From positions 162,998 through 226,997 of the forward strand of contig VFZG01000001.1 in assembly GCA_016871275.1 (NCBI GenBank): DNA of 64,000 bases. Direction: 5' to 3'. Each line of letters opens with the position of its first letter. Position 1 is the stretch's first letter. Of this stretch, positions 60,047 to 64,000 are shown piece after piece. Below the pieces are notes generated by a model that had not been told where the DNA came from, did not search any database, and worked only from the letters and a program-made list of their open reading frames with translations. The DNA is from Acidimicrobiia bacterium (GTDB lineage Bacteria > Acidobacteriota > Vicinamibacteria > Vicinamibacterales > UBA2999). Position numbers and translations under genes: made by a program.

Positions 60047-61278
60047 TGTCGAGCGAACTCCTTCGAATTGGAGGCCGGTGGGGCTGGGACGGCTGGTGAC
60101 AGGGGTGGGCCTCCCGCCAGGCGCCGGTAGGCTTCCGCGGTCCGACGGAGATACGACTCGCGCGAGTATCGCTCCCCGGCAATCGCCAGGGCCGCGGCCG
60201 ACAAGCGGGCGCGTTCTTCAGGGCGATCCAATAGCTCCAGGATCGCCTCCGCAAATGGCTCCGGGCTGGGATCGACCAGCCTTGAGAACTCCGGCTTGAG
60301 GACCTGGGTGTGGGTCAGCAGGTTGGTTGCGACGATCGGCTTGCCCGATCGGAGGTATGAGTAGACCTTCAACGGCGTGTTCGTACCGCGAATGCGCGGC
60401 GACACCAGCAGGTCGGCCGCCTGGACGAACCCGGGAATCTCTTTCGCCGGCTGCTGTCCGGTGAACACCATCACGCTGTCGGCTCCCACGCTCCTGGCGC
60501 GCGCCTTCGCCTGCTCCACTTGCGCCGGCTCGCCGCCGACCACCAGCACGCGGGCATCGGGACGGCGTTTCGCCAGAATCGCCACGGCGTCGATCAGCAT
60601 GTCGACGCCCTGGTACGCCTCGAACGTGCCGGTGTAGAGCGCCAGCGGCGCTGCGGCCGGAATCGCCCACGTGTCGCGGATGTCGCGCGGCGATCGGGTT
60701 GGGGGATCGTCCACGTCGCCGCCCATCACGTTCTCGATCAGCAGCGATCGCTCCGCGACGCCCATGCCAGCTACGGTGTCCTGCAACTCCTGACAAATGG
60801 TGATCACGACGTCCGACTTGTGGACCATCTGATCTTCCATCCAGTTGAACACGCCTCGCAGGGCCGCGGACTTGCTGTACTTGAAGTTGCCGAGCTGCTG
60901 CGGCAGGCTGGAGTGCATGTCGTAGAGGTGCGGAATGCGCAGCCACTTCGCCAGCCACACGCCCACCAGTCCCATCTCTTCGTGCGAGTGAATCGCATCG
61001 TAGCTGTCCGCCATGACGCGGCGCGCAATGGTCGGCAGCATCAACGCATCCAGCACGATCTTGGTGAACGACGGACCAATGCGGACCTTGCGCACGAAGG
61101 GCGGACGAAGACTGCGGAAAATGCGGAGATTCGGCAGCTCGACGTCACGGCCGATCGGATACGTGACCAGGTCCACGTGGTGGCCGAGCTCGCCGAGCGC
61201 CTTGATGCGGTGGTACTCGCTGAAGGGGGTGCCGCGCGGCTCGAAAAACGGCTCCGGCGCGAGCATCAGGATGCGCAC
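60043..61278 (-). CDS. GT4 glycosyltransferase
   Basis: YTGTF..YQG, PLKVYSYL.SGKPIVAT. Confidence 0.88.
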   Translation of the reverse strand: MRILMLAPEPFFEPRGTPFSEYHRIKALGELGHHVDLVTYPIGRDVELPNLRIFRSLRPPFVRKVRIGPSFTKIVLDALMLPTIARRVMADSYDAIHSHEEMGLVGVWLAKWLRIPHLYDMHSSLPQQLGNFKYSKSAALRGVFNWMEDQMVHKSDVVITICQELQDTVAGMGVAERSLLIENVMGGDVDDPPTRSPRDIRDTWAIPAAAPLALYTGTFEAYQGVDMLIDAVAILAKRRPDARVLVVGGEPAQVEQAKARARSVGADSVMVFTGQQPAKEIPGFVQAADLLVSPRIRGTNTPLKVYSYLRSGKPIVATNLLTHTQVLKPEFSRLVDPSPEPFAEAILELLDRPEERARLSAAALAIAGERYSRESYLRRTAEAYRRLAGGPPLSPAVPAPPASNSKEFARQ

Positions 61279-61353
61279 GGCTCATTATATCTAGTTGAGC
61301 CTGCGGAAGTTAGGTTACAATCCGCACCTCAACCACACGAGAGCCGTCCACTC

Positions 61354-62280
61354 TTGCTGAAAGTGTTCGCACGCCTCGGCATCAGCGCCGCCCTGCTGTA
61401 TTTCGTGCTGCGCTCGATCGATCTTTCCGCGTTTCTGGAGCGCGTGAAGTCGATGAATCCTGCCTGGATGGCGCTCGCCCTCGCGGCCTACGCCGCGACG
61501 CAATCCGTGTCGGTCTGGCGGTGGCGGCGCCTCTTGAGCGCGCAGCACGTCGACGTCGACAAGCGACGGCTGACCGAGTCCATCTGGGTCAGCCTCTTCT
61601 TCAACAACTTCCTGCCCAGCAACATCGGGGGTGACGTCGTTCGTATCGCCGATACCGCGCCGGCGGCCGGATCGAAGACGCTCGCGACCACAGTCGTGCT
61701 GGTCGATCGCGTGATCGGCCTCGCGGCGCTGGTGGTGGTGGCCGCCACCGGCGCGTTTACCGCTCAACTGTTCGGAGTCCACATTCCTGGGGCACGCTGG
61801 CTCTGGCTCGCATCGGGCCTCGGAGCCGTCGCGGCGATTTCTGTAATCACGATCCCCACAATCGTGGGGCATGCGTTGTCGCCGGTGCGGGCCTTGAACA
61901 AGCCGTGGCTCACCGAACGCGCGCAACGCCTCGAAGACGCCGTGATTCGTTTCAGAAATGCTCCGGGTGCGGTGCTCGGCGCCTTCGGTGGAGCGCTCGT
62001 CGTTCAGCTCACGATCGTGGCCTTTTATTTGCTGACGGCGGAAGGCCTCTCAGTACCTTTGCCAGTCTTCCTGGGCGCGGTGCTCATCCCGGTGAGCCTC
62101 GTGGTCCAGATGGCGCCGGTCTCGATCAACGGGTTCGGCGTGCGCGAAGCAGTCTTCGCGTTCTTCTTTCGTCGGTTCGGGCTTCCGGTCGATGCGGCGG
62201 TGGCACTCTCCCTCGTGTCAACCGGCATGGTCATGGGGCTCTCGCTGGTGGGCGGCGTCATGTTCCTGAGGAGGCGTTGA
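61354..62280 (+). CDS. Lysylphosphatidylglycerol-synthase TM-domain protein (putative lipid-linked sugar flippase)
   Basis: WRW..LL, FFNNFLPSNIGGDVVR, DR..GL, PVSINGFGVRE; start uncertain. Confidence 0.85.
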   Translation: MLKVFARLGISAALLYFVLRSIDLSAFLERVKSMNPAWMALALAAYAATQSVSVWRWRRLLSAQHVDVDKRRLTESIWVSLFFNNFLPSNIGGDVVRIADTAPAAGSKTLATTVVLVDRVIGLAALVVVAATGAFTAQLFGVHIPGARWLWLASGLGAVAAISVITIPTIVGHALSPVRALNKPWLTERAQRLEDAVIRFRNAPGAVLGAFGGALVVQLTIVAFYLLTAEGLSVPLPVFLGAVLIPVSLVVQMAPVSINGFGVREAVFAFFFRRFGLPVDAAVALSLVSTGMVMGLSLVGGVMFLRRR

Positions 62281-62362
62281 GCCGCTGAGAGGCACCCATG
62301 GTGCCGGGGTGTAAAGAAATGAGCACTATTGGCCGATACGTATCGGTTGAGGGAATCCAGTA

Positions 62363-63571
62363 ATGTCAAGACTCTCTGTACGAGGGCTAACTACCCTTGT
62401 TACAATAACTTGCCTGGTTGGCTGCGAGGCCGCCAAGAGCGCAAATCCGACGGCGCCATCGGTGGCGGGACCCATTCCTGGGGTGAACATCACCGCACCC
62501 ATCCTGCTCGAACCGCTTGCCGGCTCGACGCTGGTGTTTACCGGTCAACCCCAGACCTTATTAATCGAGAACGCCGGATCGAGCGGGGTGCGGACGCTGT
62601 TCCTCGAGCTCCAGGTCAGCACGGATCAGGGCTTCCAGCGGATCGTGTATCAGGCCGATCGCATCAGCCTCGGCAGCAACGGCCGCACCACGCACGTGCT
62701 CACCTCGCCGCTGGGTGCTGGCTACTCCTACTACTGGCGTACGCGCGCGGTTGACGGTGCGAACACCGGGCCGTACTCGGCCACGGCCAGCTTCCGCGTG
62801 GTGCCGCCCACGGTCATCGACCCACCCATCGCGGTGTCGCCCTCGGGCAAGCTGAACACCAACCGGCCGGAATTTCGCGTCACCAACGGCACCATTTCGG
62901 GCACGACCGGCGTCGCTTATCGCTTCGACCTGTCGACGAATGCGAACTTCAGCAGCCTCGTCGCGATTGTGACGGTGCCGGTCAACGGCAGCGGCTCAAC
63001 GACCATGACCGTGGGCGAGCTGCCGTACAACACGACCTACTACTGGCGCGTGCGCGGGAGCGACGGCGCCACGGAGTCGAATTACTCGAACACGCTGTCC
63101 TTTACGACGGCGGATCCTCCGGCGCCGCCCGTGCCCACGCCTGGAGGTGGCGGCCCCATTGTCGGCGTGCCGCTCGGCCCCGGCGGTCGAGCACCGGCCG
63201 GTGGGGGTGTTCCGAGTTACGGCCCGAGCATTGTGCAGGCGGTGGCGCGCGCCTACCCGGCCGCACTCGCCAACTCCTGCCAGGAGCGGGGCGGCAGCTG
63301 GCAGTTCATGGACCTGGTGGTGGATGCCCTGCGGACCTACGACACACGGTGGGGCTACAACGGCAAGCGGGGCAACGCCAACGACCCGTCGCACGACGTG
63401 GTCGCGTATAACTACGGGAGTGGTCCGGATCTCCACTCGACGACCGTCTACATCATCGACATCATCGGCGGACACTGCGGCTCGAACCCGGTGCCGGGGT
63501 GGATTGACGTCACCGCGGCAACCGCCGCCGGCGGATCCATCGGACGCTGGATCAGCCGTGGGCGCTTCTAA
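62363..63571 (+). CDS. Lipoprotein: two Fn3/Ig-like modules, P/G-rich linker, unassigned C-terminal domain (paralog of 51189-52100)
   Basis: Lipobox LVGC; YYWRTRA, YYWRVRG; DTRWGYNGK, AYNYGSGPD, GHCG, GRF*. Confidence 0.82.
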   Translation: MSRLSVRGLTTLVTITCLVGCEAAKSANPTAPSVAGPIPGVNITAPILLEPLAGSTLVFTGQPQTLLIENAGSSGVRTLFLELQVSTDQGFQRIVYQADRISLGSNGRTTHVLTSPLGAGYSYYWRTRAVDGANTGPYSATASFRVVPPTVIDPPIAVSPSGKLNTNRPEFRVTNGTISGTTGVAYRFDLSTNANFSSLVAIVTVPVNGSGSTTMTVGELPYNTTYYWRVRGSDGATESNYSNTLSFTTADPPAPPVPTPGGGGPIVGVPLGPGGRAPAGGGVPSYGPSIVQAVARAYPAALANSCQERGGSWQFMDLVVDALRTYDTRWGYNGKRGNANDPSHDVVAYNYGSGPDLHSTTVYIIDIIGGHCGSNPVPGWIDVTAATAAGGSIGRWISRGRF

Positions 63572-63626
63572 GGGGCTAGCAGGCTATCGGGCTAGCGGGC
63601 TAGCGGGCTGGCAGGCTAGCGGGCCG
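63571..63626. repeat. Tandem octamer GC(A/G)GGCT(A/G), about 7 copies
   Basis: Fills the entire gap between convergent genes. Confidence 0.85.
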
Positions 63627-64000
63627 TCAGGGCTTCGTCGCAATCGCGGCGAAGTCCTGATACGAGAACATCCGGTCGTTGAGGCAATCGACGTTGCTGT
63701 TGAACGACGACACCAGCTCCGTCAGCTGATCCGGGGCCGCATCGCCAAAGTGCTCGGGCAGGGGTCTCACTTTCCGCAACCGCCCGTCTGGCGCGATCGG
63801 AGACCGATACACAATCTCCACGGTTGAAAACCCGTTGGCCTGCAGCAGGTACTGCAGCGTGTCAGGGTGAATCGGCTTCACGTGCGTCAGGTCGCGGACG
63901 AAGCTCTCGAAGAAGGCGACCCAGCAGGACGGGTTGATGGTCTCGAGAATCACCCTGCCGCCCGGCCGCACTTTGTCGAACGCCAGCGCCAGCAGTTGGC
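63627..64000 (-). CDS. Class I SAM-dependent methyltransferase, C-terminal part (runs off window end)
   Basis: AFDKVRPGG.VILETINP...F..D.TH..PIHP.TL..L....GF, as in glycan-cluster methyltransferases. Confidence 0.8.
   Translation of the reverse strand, partial: QLLALAFDKVRPGGRVILETINPSCWVAFFESFVRDLTHVKPIHPDTLQYLLQANGFSTVEIVYRSPIAPDGRLRKVRPLPEHFGDAAPDQLTELVSSFNSNVDCLNDRMFSYQDFAAIATKP

Overview
GC-rich bacterial chromosomal segment. Gene content and style resemble Acidobacteriota, possibly Vicinamibacteria; this is an inference, not a tested assignment. It is mostly core genes (secA, guaB, tsaE, nnr, gcvTHP, rnpB, ligA, polyprenyl synthase, tatD, metG, dapF, dtd, ttcA). Interleaved with them are type IV pilus/competence genes (pilB-pilC, comM/yifB, a comEA-pseudopilin-PilZ-enhancer-binding-protein operon, a radC remnant), a two-gene microcompartment satellite, peptidoglycan hydrolases, several deletion-riddled pseudogenes, short tandem and REP-like repeats, and a ~16 kb surface-glycosylation region at the right end. 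The best leads are four. (1) An adjacent pair of signal-peptide-bearing enzymes, a Fam20C/PI4K-II-like atypical kinase and a Shewanella-like PPP phosphatase, suggesting an extracytoplasmic phosphorylation cycle. (2) Sigma54-type promoters in front of comEA, comM and an atypical enhancer-binding protein lacking GAFTGA, suggesting a sigma54-driven competence circuit. (3) Two paralogous lipoproteins with a shared unassigned C-terminal domain that bracket the glycan cluster. (4) A DapF with both catalytic Cys replaced by Ser. No CRISPR array, tRNA, rRNA, integrase or transposase was seen. Several start codons were re-chosen by eye and are approximate.
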